Of a stretch of DNA of 64,000 nucleotides, positions 9,085 through 18,121 are shown piece after piece; the stretch's first letter is position 1; every line of letters begins with the position of its first letter. The translations under genes and the position numbers were made by a program. The DNA is from Chloroflexota bacterium (lineage in GTDB: Bacteria; Chloroflexota; Limnocylindria; Limnocylindrales; CSP1-4). Location: assembly GCA_021783095.1 (NCBI GenBank), contig JAJXUG010000014.1, forward strand, positions 1,895-65,894, written 5' to 3'. The notes under the pieces are model-generated. The model did not search any database, had not been told where the DNA came from, and worked only from the letters and a program-made list of their open reading frames with translations.

Positions 9085-9360
9085 GAGACCTCCAGTCGGG
9101 CCGCGATGCGGGCGACCCGTGCGGTTGCGTCCGAGGTGCGATGCGGTCATTACAGCACAGCGCTCCCTGGCAGGTCTGGGCCGAAGCGCCGGGTGGCACA
9201 GGTGCCGGAGGTCCCCTCCCCTTCTCGCCAACGCCCGGCCCACCGTGGAGTCGAATCCGAGCTCGCCGAGCGTGGCGCGCGCGATTGCCGGGCATCGGGC
9301 CCCCGCCGAGCGTGGAGCACCCCGAGATGACCCCCAGCCGACGTGCCGAGCGGAAGCACC

Positions 9361-10821
9361 CTAGCCGGTAGCGGCCGCGGGGAACGGCGCGCTCGGGATC
9401 GCCTCGGCGAGGCGCAGGATCGTCGCGAGCGAGCGGTCCACGTCCTCGGTCGTGGTCCGCCAGCCCGAGACGGAGATCCGCATCACGCGCTGTCCGTGCC
9501 AGACCGAGCCGCCCAGCCACAGCGTCCCATCGCCCTGGACCGCGGCAACCACCGCGCCCGTCCGCGCGTCGGCGGCCGAACCGTCACCCGAGGGATCGTC
9601 GAAGCGGACGAGCACCTGGTTGAGCACGACGTCGTTGACCACGCGGATGCCCAGCGATGAAGGGGCCGCCGCGAGGCCGGCCGCGAACCGGAGTGCATGG
9701 TCGCAGGTGCGCCCGACCATCGCCGCCACGCCCTCGCGCCCCAGCGAGCGGATCGCCGCCCACACGGCGAACCCGCGCGCCCTCCGCGACGACTCGGCGA
9801 CCCAGTTGTACGGGTCCCGCTCGCCGCCCGCCGTCTCCACGTAGTACGCCGCGCCGAGCGTCATCGCCGCGTGGTGCGCGGCCGGACGTGCGCAGAACAC
9901 CAGGCCCGAGTCGTACGGGACGTTGAGCCACTTGTGCGCGTCGGTCGTCCAGGAGTCGGCCCGCTCGACGCCGGCAAGCAGGTGGCGCCTCGCCGGGTCG
10001 GCCGAGGCCCACAGCCCGAACGCTCCGTCGACGTGGAGCCAGCCGCCGCTGGCGCGGACGAGGTCCGTGATCTCCGGCAGGGGGTCGAACGCACCGGTGT
10101 TCACGTTGCCGGCCTGGGCGCAGACCAACGCGGGCCGGTCCATCCCGGCCAGCATCTCGGCGAGCGCATCTGCGCGCATCCGGCCCTGCCGGTCCGTCGG
10201 GACGCGGCGCACCCGGTCGCGGCCCATGCCCAGCATCTGGAGCGCGGCGTGGATGGTGACGTGCGCCTCCTCGCCCACCACCACCGGCACGTCGGGTGCG
10301 CTGAACAGCCCGTTGCGCTCGACATCCCAGCCGGCCTGCTCCAGCAGTGCGTGGCGAGCCGCGGCGAGCGCCGTGAACGACGCCATCGTGGCGCCGGTCG
10401 TGAACCCCGCCGAGGCCTCGGCGGGCAGGCCGAGCAGCTCTGCCGCCCACCGCGCCGCCACCTCCTCGGCGACGGCCGCCGCCGGCCCCATGACGTACAT
10501 CGCGGCGTTCTGGTCCCAGACGCTCGCGAGCCAGTCTGCGCCCACCGCGGCCGGCAGCCCGCCGCCGACGACGAAGCCGAAGTACCGCGGGCCCGCGCTC
10601 CGGACCATCCCCCCGGACGCGCCCGCCGCCAGCGCGTCGATCGTGGCCACCGGGTCCTTGCCCGCCTCCGGCAGCGGCCCCCCAAGGCGCTCGCGCAGTT
10701 CGGCCACGGAGGCAGTTGGCCCCACCCGGCCAGCGTCGAGGCCGGCCGCCCACGACCGGGCCAGGTCCGCCGCGCGGGCGAGGGCGGCGTCGGTGGCGCT
10801 GCGCGCGGTCTCGTGGTCCAT
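9361..10821 (-). CDS. group II PLP-dependent amino-acid decarboxylase (aspartate/diaminobutyrate/aromatic-amino-acid decarboxylase family)
   Basis: The DAHKWLNVPYDSG PLP-lysine motif and the length and architecture of group II decarboxylases. A GGGAG RBS lies 6 nt before the ATG at 10821. Confidence 0.85.
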   Translation of the reverse strand: MDHETARSATDAALARAADLARSWAAGLDAGRVGPTASVAELRERLGGPLPEAGKDPVATIDALAAGASGGMVRSAGPRYFGFVVGGGLPAAVGADWLASVWDQNAAMYVMGPAAAVAEEVAARWAAELLGLPAEASAGFTTGATMASFTALAAARHALLEQAGWDVERNGLFSAPDVPVVVGEEAHVTIHAALQMLGMGRDRVRRVPTDRQGRMRADALAEMLAGMDRPALVCAQAGNVNTGAFDPLPEITDLVRASGGWLHVDGAFGLWASADPARRHLLAGVERADSWTTDAHKWLNVPYDSGLVFCARPAAHHAAMTLGAAYYVETAGGERDPYNWVAESSRRARGFAVWAAIRSLGREGVAAMVGRTCDHALRFAAGLAAAPSSLGIRVVNDVVLNQVLVRFDDPSGDGSAADARTGAVVAAVQGDGTLWLGGSVWHGQRVMRISVSGWRTTTEDVDRSLATILRLAEAIPSAPFPAAATG

Positions 10822-11128
10822 CTTCAGCTCCCGCTCTGGCCATCGCCGGGTCACCATCGCCGGGTCAGCCTCGTGATCATCGCGCGGACGCCCCGAACGC
10901 GCCTGCTCGGGCTGGGCCCGGGCGCGCCGCGCCCGGGACGACTGATCGGCGTGCGCTCGAGGCTGCCAATCGTCCCCGCGCGTCCGCGCCAACGGCGCTG
11001 TCCGCGCTCCGCGAGCGGGGTATGCTCAGCCCATTGACCGCTGCGGGCGGATGCCCGCGGGCTCGCCGGCCCAAGACGCGGGACGGTAGGGTCCACCAGC
11101 GCGAGGCACTTCGAGGAGGCAGTTCGCG

Positions 11129-11980
11129 ATGCCCCGTATCGTCCGAGGCGCACTCCTGCAGGCTACCTGGACCGGCGACAAGGAGTCGATGATCCAGAAG
11201 CACGAGCAGTACGTGCACCAGGCGAAGCAGCAGGGTGCCCAGTTCATGCTCTTCCAGGAGCTGTTCTACGGGCCCTACTTCTGTCAGGTCCAGGACAAGA
11301 AGTACTACTCCTACACCGAGTACATCCCCGACGGACCCACCACCAAGCGCTTCCAGGCGCTGGCGAAGGAGACCGGGATGGTCCTCGTCGTGCCGATGTA
11401 CGAGGAGGACAGCCAGACCACCGGGATCTACTACAACACGGCCGCGGTGATCGACGCCGACGGGACGTACCTGGGCAAGTACCGCAAGACCCACATCCCG
11501 CACGTCGAGGGGTTCTGGGAGAAGTTCTACTTCCGCCCCGGAAACCTGGGCTACCCGGTGTTCCAGACGGCCGTGGGCAAGATCGGCGTCTACATCTGCT
11601 ACGACCGCCACTTCCCGGAGGGCGCCCGCGCGCTCGGGCTCAACGGCGCCGAGATCGTCCTGATCCCGTCGGCCACCTCGCGCGGCCTGTCCGAGTACCT
11701 GTGGCGCGTCGAGCAGGTCAGCCACTCGCTGGCCAACGGCTACTTCATCGGGACCATCAATCGGGTGGGCATCGAGAAGGAGATCGGGCCGGACGACTTC
11801 TACGGCCAGAGCTACTTCGTGGACCCGCTGGGCCAGTTCGTCGGCGCGGTCGGCAGCCCCTACGACGAGGAGCTGATCATCCGCGACCTCGACCTCGACG
11901 TGATCTCCAAGGTCCGCCAGACGTGGCAGTTCTACCGCGATCGACGGCCGGAGATGTACGGGGACCTGGTCAAGCCGTAG
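11129..11980 (+). CDS. beta-ureidopropionase / N-carbamoyl-amino-acid amidohydrolase (nitrilase/CN-hydrolase superfamily)
   Basis: CN-hydrolase triad context (E in FQELF, K in GKYRKTH, C in VYICYDRHFPE) and overall beta-alanine synthase-like sequence. Confidence 0.8.
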   Translation: MPRIVRGALLQATWTGDKESMIQKHEQYVHQAKQQGAQFMLFQELFYGPYFCQVQDKKYYSYTEYIPDGPTTKRFQALAKETGMVLVVPMYEEDSQTTGIYYNTAAVIDADGTYLGKYRKTHIPHVEGFWEKFYFRPGNLGYPVFQTAVGKIGVYICYDRHFPEGARALGLNGAEIVLIPSATSRGLSEYLWRVEQVSHSLANGYFIGTINRVGIEKEIGPDDFYGQSYFVDPLGQFVGAVGSPYDEELIIRDLDLDVISKVRQTWQFYRDRRPEMYGDLVKP

Positions 11981-12046
11981 TAGGCTGACGCCGGCTGCTC
12001 GGGCGAAGGGGTTCGCGAGCGGTCGGGCATCGGGTATGATCCCGCG

Positions 12047-12080
12047 CGGCTCGGCTGCCAGGAGGAGGGCAGCCGAGCCG
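12047..12080 (+). promoter_or_regulatory. 13-bp perfect stem-loop CGGCTCGGCTGCC-(AGGAGGAG)-GGCAGCCGAGCCG between the ureidopropionase and LLM genes
   Basis: Read directly from the sequence. The loop is a Shine-Dalgarno-like purine run. It may be an intercistronic terminator, attenuator or processing site. Confidence 0.45.
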
Positions 12081-12115
12081 TTCGATTCTCCGGGTCGTCC
12101 CGGACGGAGGGTCAG

Positions 12116-13111
12116 ATGCAGTTCGGGTTCACGCTCAAACCGGACCACACGATCGAGCGGACGCTCGCGTTGACCCGCCAGGCCGAGGCGGCCGGCTTCG
12201 GCTACGGCTGGCTGTTCGATTCCCACGTGCTGTGGCGGGACCCGTACCCGCTGCTCACGCTCATGGCGCAGGCCACCACGGACATGCACCTGGGCACCTG
12301 CGTCACCAACCCTGCCACACGCGAGCCGACGGTCACGGCGTCGGCGCTCGCGGTGCTCCAGGAGCTCTCCGGCGGGCGGATGGAGCTGGGCATCGGGCGC
12401 GGCGACTCGTCGCGCCGGGTGCTGGGCAAGCAGCCGACGTCGATGCGGGACCTCGAGCAGGCCGTGCACGTGATCCGCGCCCTGACCGAGGGCCACTCGA
12501 TCGAGTTCGAGGGTGCCATGCTCGAGCTGCCCTGGGTTGGCGCCGGGCACCAGCTGCCGGTGTGGATCGCGGGCTACGGCCCGGTCGCGCTCAAGCTCAC
12601 CGGGCGGATCGCGGACGGCGCCATGCTCCAGATCGGCGACCCGGACCTCATCCGGTGGTTCGTCTCCCAGGTTCGCGCGTCGGCCGAGGCGTCGGGCCGG
12701 GACCCGAACGCTGTGAAGGTGATGGCCGCGGCGCCCGCGCACGTGGGCGACCTGGCCGACGGCCGCGACCGCACCCGCTGGTTCCCGGCACTCGTGTCGA
12801 ACCACGTGGTCGACCTCGTGAACAAGTACCCCCGCGAGGACCTGCCGCAGGAGCTGACGGCCTACATCCGGAACCGCGAGGGCTACGACTACCTCCACCA
12901 CGCCGAGGTGGGCTCCTCGAACGCGTCGTTCGTCTCGGACGAGATCGTCGACCGCTTCTGCCTGGTCGGGCCGCCTGAAGCGCACCTCCAGCGGCTCCGG
13001 GAGCTGGCCGACGCCGGCGTGGACCAGTTCAACCTCTACCTGATGAACGGGAACGAGGAGGAGCAGCTCGAGCTCTACGGGCGCGAGATCATCCCTGCGC
13101 TGCGCAGCTGA
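12116..13111 (+). CDS. LLM-class (luciferase-like) flavin/F420-dependent oxidoreductase
   Basis: TIM-barrel luciferase-like monooxygenase family sequence throughout (GWLFDSH, ELGIGRGDS, VWIAGYGP). A GGAGGG RBS is present. Confidence 0.85.
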   Translation: MQFGFTLKPDHTIERTLALTRQAEAAGFGYGWLFDSHVLWRDPYPLLTLMAQATTDMHLGTCVTNPATREPTVTASALAVLQELSGGRMELGIGRGDSSRRVLGKQPTSMRDLEQAVHVIRALTEGHSIEFEGAMLELPWVGAGHQLPVWIAGYGPVALKLTGRIADGAMLQIGDPDLIRWFVSQVRASAEASGRDPNAVKVMAAAPAHVGDLADGRDRTRWFPALVSNHVVDLVNKYPREDLPQELTAYIRNREGYDYLHHAEVGSSNASFVSDEIVDRFCLVGPPEAHLQRLRELADAGVDQFNLYLMNGNEEEQLELYGREIIPALRS

Positions 13112-13267
13112 CAGGGAAAGGCGCGCCGAGCGGCGCGGTCATCGCCCGGCGTGCGCCCGCCTTACCGCCTGCCTGACGGCCCACCGCACCGGAGCCACCT
13201 CGTACTGGGCGAGAGGTACTCTCGACCCCAGAACCCCCGCAGCCGACAATCGCGGCGGAGGTACGCC

Positions 13268-13456
13268 ATGTCAGCGCTGTCCAGACTCCGCCGCCCCGAT
13301 CCTCGCTGGGAGGAGGAGGGGCCGGCCGCGCGCCGCGAGTACCGGCGCCGCCGCACGCGCGAGATGGCGTCGTTCGCGACCTCGCTCGTGGCGGCCGTGA
13401 TGGCGGTGGCCGCCCTCGCGCTCCGGCTCGGGAGTGCCCTGCTCAGCCGCGGATAG
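13268..13456 (+). CDS. small tail-anchored membrane protein (62 aa), hypothetical
   Basis: A GGAGG RBS lies 7 nt upstream of the ATG. The N-terminus is Arg-rich and there is a single C-terminal TM helix (FATSLVAAVMAVAALALRLG). Confidence 0.4.
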   Translation: MSALSRLRRPDPRWEEEGPAARREYRRRRTREMASFATSLVAAVMAVAALALRLGSALLSRG

Positions 13457-13562
13457 CGCAAACCTCCTCCGAGGCGTCGTGCCCGGGTCTACGATGGGCT
13501 GACACGCGCCACCCCGTCCGACGGGTGCAGCCGGCGGGGCATCCCAACGCCAAGGAGGAAGG

Positions 13563-14954
13563 ATGCGCACCCTGTTCGCCAACGGCACGATCGTCACTGC
13601 CGATGGCTCCTACCGAGCGGACGTGCTCGTCGAGGGCGAGACGATCGTGCAGATCGGTGCCGGCCTCGCAGCCTCGGTCACGGCCGACGAGGTGATCGAC
13701 GCTGGCGGCAAGTACGTGATCCCCGGCGGCATCGACGCCCACACGCACATGAAGCTGCCGTTCGGCGGCACCTACGCGAAGGACGACTTCGAGACCGGCA
13801 CCCGCGCCGCTGCGTTCGGCGGGACGACGACCATCGTGGACTTCGCGGTGCAGTCGAAGGGCGAGACGCTGCACCAGGGCCTCGACAAGTGGTTCGCGCT
13901 GGCCGAGGGCATGGCCGTCGCCGACTACGGCTTCCACATGATCATGTCCGACGTCACGGACGCCTCGCTGCCCGAGATGGACCAGCTGGTCGACGAGGGC
14001 GTCCCGGACTTCAAGCTGTTCACCGCGTACCCGGGCGTCTTCTACTCGCCCGACGACCACATCTTCCGCGCCCTCAAGCAGACCGCCAAGAACGGCGGCC
14101 TGATCCTGATGCACGCCGAGAACGGGCCGGTCATCGACGTCCTGGCGGCCGACCAGGTCGCGAAGGGGGTCACCGACCCGATCGGGCACGGCCTGGCGCG
14201 CGACTCCCGGATGGAGGGCGAGGCGACGAACCGCGTCATCCGGATGGCGGAGGTCGCCGGCGCGCCCGTCTACTTCGTCCACATGTCGGCCAAGGAGGCG
14301 CTCAAGGCGCTCGTCGAGGCCCGCGGCCGCGGCGCGATGGCCTGGGCGGAGACGTGCCCGCAGTACCTGTACCTCACGCTCGACGACCTCGGTCACGGGT
14401 TCGAGGGCGCCAAGTTCGTCTGCTCGCCGCCCCTCCGGACGCCCGACCACGCCGTCGAGCTCTGGAACGCGCTCAAGCGCGACGACATCGCGCTGGTCGG
14501 CACCGACCACTGCCCGTTCGACTTCCACGGGCAGAAGGAGATGGGCCGCGGCGACTTCCGCAAGATCCCCAACGGCCTGCCGGGCGTCGAGGAGCGGGTC
14601 GACCTGATGCACCAGGCCGTCGCCGACGGCAAGCTCTCCAAGGAGCGCTGGGTCGAGGTCGTGTCGACCGCGCCCGCCAAGATGTTCGGGATGTACCCGC
14701 GGAAGGGCGCCATCGCGGTCGGGTCCGACGCGGACATCGTCGTCTACGATCCGGCCCGCACGCACGTGCTCTCGGCCAAGACGCACCACATGGACGTCGA
14801 CTACTCGTGCTACGAGGGCATGACGGTCCGGGGCGGCTCGGACATCGTGATGTCCCGCGGCTCGGTCATCGTCCGCAACGGCGAGTTCACCGGCCGCAAG
14901 GGCGCCGGCAAGTTCATCAAGCGGTCGCGCGCCACGTTCCCGCGCATCAGCTAG
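13563..14954 (+). CDS. dihydropyrimidinase / D-hydantoinase (cyclic amidohydrolase)
   Basis: The GGIDAHTHM metal-binding motif, the carboxylated-Lys region and the full-length hydantoinase architecture. An AAGGAGGAAGG RBS is present. Confidence 0.85.
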   Translation: MRTLFANGTIVTADGSYRADVLVEGETIVQIGAGLAASVTADEVIDAGGKYVIPGGIDAHTHMKLPFGGTYAKDDFETGTRAAAFGGTTTIVDFAVQSKGETLHQGLDKWFALAEGMAVADYGFHMIMSDVTDASLPEMDQLVDEGVPDFKLFTAYPGVFYSPDDHIFRALKQTAKNGGLILMHAENGPVIDVLAADQVAKGVTDPIGHGLARDSRMEGEATNRVIRMAEVAGAPVYFVHMSAKEALKALVEARGRGAMAWAETCPQYLYLTLDDLGHGFEGAKFVCSPPLRTPDHAVELWNALKRDDIALVGTDHCPFDFHGQKEMGRGDFRKIPNGLPGVEERVDLMHQAVADGKLSKERWVEVVSTAPAKMFGMYPRKGAIAVGSDADIVVYDPARTHVLSAKTHHMDVDYSCYEGMTVRGGSDIVMSRGSVIVRNGEFTGRKGAGKFIKRSRATFPRIS

Positions 14955-14968
14955 GGACGCTGCCTCTC

Positions 14969-15001
14969 ACGACCCCCGTGGGCCCGCCCCGCGGGGGTCG
15001 T
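14969..15001. terminator. bidirectional stem-loop ACGACCCCCG-N12-CGGGGGTCGT between convergent genes
   Basis: A perfect 10-bp inverted repeat read from the sequence. Confidence 0.5.
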
Positions 15002-15047
15002 TCCGTGTCGCGCGCCGGATCGCCGCGTCGCAGCCAGCGCCGGTCCC

Positions 15048-15458
15048 TCAGCTCACGCCGACGAGGTCCTCCGCGCGCTGGCCCAAGGCCTGGCGCGCGG
15101 TGGCCACGTCGTCCACGCAGAAGGCCCATTCCGCGAAGCCCGGGCGCTCCCCCGCCTTCACCACGCCCGTCACGCTCACGCCGGCCCGCGCGAGGCGGTC
15201 GGCCACGTCCCCGAAGGCGCCGGGCCGGTCGCGAACCTCGACCATGAGCGGCTCGCCCTCGATGAACGGGTGGCCGAGGCCCTTGATGACGCGCCGCGCA
15301 GCGTCATCGTCGGTGGTGGTGACGAACAGGCACTCGAGGGGCCCGCTGCCGACGCACGCGACGTGGGCGATCTCGATGCTGAAGGCCTCGAAGGCCTTGA
15401 TGAGGCGAGTCAGCTCGCCCGGGTGGTTGTCGAGCTGGACGACGAATTGGCGGGCCAT
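15048..15458 (-). CDS. ACT-domain protein (136 aa)
   Basis: A tandem ACT-like beta-alpha-beta-beta-alpha-beta pattern. GGAGAGG RBS. It is the C-terminal part of a much longer artefactual ORF (15048..16454). Confidence 0.65.
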   Translation of the reverse strand: MARQFVVQLDNHPGELTRLIKAFEAFSIEIAHVACVGSGPLECLFVTTTDDDAARRVIKGLGHPFIEGEPLMVEVRDRPGAFGDVADRLARAGVSVTGVVKAGERPGFAEWAFCVDDVATARQALGQRAEDLVGVS

Positions 15459-15617
15459 CTGCGCACCTCTCCGGCGGGCCTGGCGGCCCGGCATGACGGT
15501 GCCATCCTCTCGGCACGCCGTCGGCCGGGCCAGTGCCCTTCGGGGAAGTCCAGACCCGCCACCCGGCGCCGCGGCGGGTAGATTGGACGGCGACGAAGCC
15601 GCACTCGGAGCCGCGCA

Positions 15618-15932
15618 ATGTTCGTGACCCTCGTCCACTGCCACGTCAAGGCGGATGCCGTTGACGCCTTCATCGATGCCTGCCGCTCGAACCACGAGGG
15701 GTCGGTGCGCGAGCCGGGCAACGTCAGGTTCGACGTCCTCCAGCTCGCCGAGGACCCAACGCGCTTCGTCCTGTACGAGTGGTATGTCGACGAGGCGGCC
15801 GCCAAGGCCCACAAGGACACGCCGCACTACGCTGCCTGGCGCGAGTCGACAGCGGACATGTTCGAGGAGCCGCGCTACGGCGTCCGCTACGTCGGCCTGG
15901 CACCGCTGGTCCCGCCGACCCTGGAGGCCTGA
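15618..15932 (+). CDS. antibiotic-biosynthesis-monooxygenase (ABM) family protein
   Basis: A 104-aa ferredoxin-like fold with the ABM signature (VTLVHCHVK...FVLYEWYVDEAAAKAH). Confidence 0.75.
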   Translation: MFVTLVHCHVKADAVDAFIDACRSNHEGSVREPGNVRFDVLQLAEDPTRFVLYEWYVDEAAAKAHKDTPHYAAWRESTADMFEEPRYGVRYVGLAPLVPPTLEA

Positions 15933-15975
15933 TGCAGCCCGCGGACAGTCCCAGGACCGCGCTTGAGCGGTCGAG

Positions 15976-17193
15976 GTGAGCGCCGGCGAGGGCGGCATCG
16001 GCCAGGTGGCCGTCGGCCGGCTGCCGCGGATCACCTTCGGCGCCGGGGTCGCCGCGAGGCTGCCGTCGATCGTGGCGGGGCACGGCCGTCGGGCGCTGCT
16101 CGTCCGGGGCACGCACTCGCTCGCCGCCGGCGGGCGACTGGAGCCGCTCCGGGACGCCCTCGCCGATGCGGGCGTCGAGCTCGCGGGCGAAGCTGCCGTC
16201 AGCGGCGAGCCCTCCCCTGCCCTGGTCGACGGGATCGCGGCCGCGCACCGCGGCGACGGGATCGACGTCGTCCTCGGGATCGGCGGCGGCTCGGCGCTCG
16301 ACACCGCCAAGGCCGTCTCGGGCCTGCTCCGCGTGGACGCTCCTGTCACGGACTTCCTCGAGGGCCTGCCAGGCGCCCGCCCCTGGCCGGGCCCGTCCGT
16401 GCCGCTGGTCGCCGTGCCCACCACGGCCGGCACCGGCAGCGAGGCCACGCGCAACGCCGTGATCAGCGAACGCGGCCCCGCCGGCTACAAGCGCTCGTTC
16501 CGCGACGAGCGGCTCGTCCCGGCCGACGCCGTCGTGGACCCGGACCTGCTCGCCGGGCTCCCCGCGGACCGCATCGCCGAGAACGGGATGGACGCGCTCG
16601 CGCAGCTGCTCGAGTCGTACGTGTCGCTGCGGGCGGGCGCGTTCACCGACGCGCTGGCGATCGCCGGGCTTGCCGCCGCGCGGGACGGCCTCCTCGCCTG
16701 GCACGCGGATCCCGAGGGTCCCGGAGCCCCGGCCGCCCGCGAGCGGATGGCGTGGGCCGCGCTCCTGTCGGGGATCTGCCTGGCGAACGCCGGGCTGGGC
16801 GCGGTGCACGGGCTCGCGTCGCCGCTGGGCGCCCAGTTCCCCGTCCCGCACGGTGCCGCCTGCGGCGCGACGATGGCACCGGTCACTGCGGCCAACGTCG
16901 CGGCGCTCGAGGCGCGGCAGCCCGACAGCCCGGCCCTCCGACGCTACGCGGTCCTGGGCCGGCTGCTCGCGCGCCTGCCCGACACCACGCCCGACTCGGC
17001 GGCGCGGTCGGCGCTGGTCGACACCGTCGGGACCTGGACCCGTGTCCTCGGCGTGCCGGGCCTCGCCTCGTGGGGCGTCGTCGAGGCGGACATCCCGGCG
17101 GTCGTCGCGGACGCCCGGGGCAGCTCGATGCGCACGAACCCGATCGTGCTGACCGATGACGAGCTGGCCGCGGTCCTCGCGGCCTCGATGTAG
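15976..17193 (+). CDS. iron-containing (group III) alcohol dehydrogenase
   Basis: The Fe-ADH motifs GGGSALDTAK and the histidine cluster. GTG start. Confidence 0.85.
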   Translation: MSAGEGGIGQVAVGRLPRITFGAGVAARLPSIVAGHGRRALLVRGTHSLAAGGRLEPLRDALADAGVELAGEAAVSGEPSPALVDGIAAAHRGDGIDVVLGIGGGSALDTAKAVSGLLRVDAPVTDFLEGLPGARPWPGPSVPLVAVPTTAGTGSEATRNAVISERGPAGYKRSFRDERLVPADAVVDPDLLAGLPADRIAENGMDALAQLLESYVSLRAGAFTDALAIAGLAAARDGLLAWHADPEGPGAPAARERMAWAALLSGICLANAGLGAVHGLASPLGAQFPVPHGAACGATMAPVTAANVAALEARQPDSPALRRYAVLGRLLARLPDTTPDSAARSALVDTVGTWTRVLGVPGLASWGVVEADIPAVVADARGSSMRTNPIVLTDDELAAVLAASM

Positions 17194-17200
17194 CTGGCAG

Positions 17201-18121
17201 CTAAAGGCCCTCGGCGGCGACCCCGTCGTCGTCGTCGGAAGCGATCGCCGTGCGGACCTCCGCGGCGGCGAACCCGAGCACGGCGATCGCGCACAGGATG
17301 GCGATCCCGATGGCGAGCAGCTGCCCAACCGACAGGGAGCCGATCACCGCCGGGTCGCGCCACGTCGCGGCGACCACCGCCCGCGCCGTCGCCCAGAGCC
17401 CGACAACCAGGAAGAACGACGCCCCGTTCCGCTTGGCGAAGACGCCCAGCGCCATGAGCCACCAGGCCACGCCGCCGACGAGCAGCGTCGCCACCGCCTC
17501 CATCGCCTGCGACGGCCAGGACGGGATCTCGGGCGCGAGCGAACCCCACGGCCCGCCGCCCAGGTAGCGCGTAGCGAGCGAGATGTCGCTGGGCACGCCC
17601 TGCCCGGAGCCGCCGAGCAGCATCGCGAGCTTGAGCAGCCCGAGGAGCAGCAGCAGCGGCAGGGCCAGCGCGTGGAGCCAGCGGCCCAGCGGCGCGCCCA
17701 GCAGCAGCGCCACGATCGACCCCGTGATCGCCCCGCCCACCACGCCCATCGAGAGCTCCAGGCCGCCCTTGGAGATGTCGACCAGCGCGCCCGGGTCGGC
17801 CTGGTAGTAGGCGAGGTGGAGGAGCGCGTACCCCAGCCGCCCGCCCACCACGGCGCCCGGCATCGCGGCCACGGCGATGCACAGCAGGTCGTCGGCGCGC
17901 AGGTGGTTGGGCCCGTCATCCTCGGGGTCGGGCGACGGCCAGTCGGCCGGGACGGACATGTCAACCGGTGTCCAGCGGCCCGCCAGCGCCGCGAACAGCA
18001 GCGCGAGGAGCACGGCGGCCGCCCCCGCCATCGTCTCCCACCGCACCGTGAGCCCGGCGAGCGTGACGGTGGCCGGGAACGTGAAGGTGATCAGCGCGGG
18101 GATCGACGCAAGGGGCACCAC
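17201..18121 (-). CDS. Lgt-like membrane protein (divergent paralog of prolipoprotein diacylglyceryl transferase with degenerate signature)
   Basis: Colinear similarity to Lgt (GGRLGYALL, DISKGGLELSMGVVGGAI, WPSQAMEA), but the G-R-x-G-N-F-x-N-x-E signature is replaced by LLGGSGQG. Start uncertain. Confidence 0.55.
   Translation of the reverse strand: MVPLASIPALITFTFPATVTLAGLTVRWETMAGAAAVLLALLFAALAGRWTPVDMSVPADWPSPDPEDDGPNHLRADDLLCIAVAAMPGAVVGGRLGYALLHLAYYQADPGALVDISKGGLELSMGVVGGAITGSIVALLLGAPLGRWLHALALPLLLLLGLLKLAMLLGGSGQGVPSDISLATRYLGGGPWGSLAPEIPSWPSQAMEAVATLLVGGVAWWLMALGVFAKRNGASFFLVVGLWATARAVVAATWRDPAVIGSLSVGQLLAIGIAILCAIAVLGFAAAEVRTAIASDDDDGVAAEGL

Noticed and set aside
9230-9260. tRNA-like TpsiC motif GAGTCGAATCCGAG
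   Set aside because: No acceptor or anticodon stems can be formed around it. It lies in the 5' leader of the aminotransferase. There is no GGTTCGAATCC-type T-arm with matching D-arm.
15048-16454. 468-aa ORF
   Set aside because: Only the last 136 codons encode a sensible ACT-domain protein, with its own RBS. The upstream part is low-complexity and antisense to the Fe-ADH gene.
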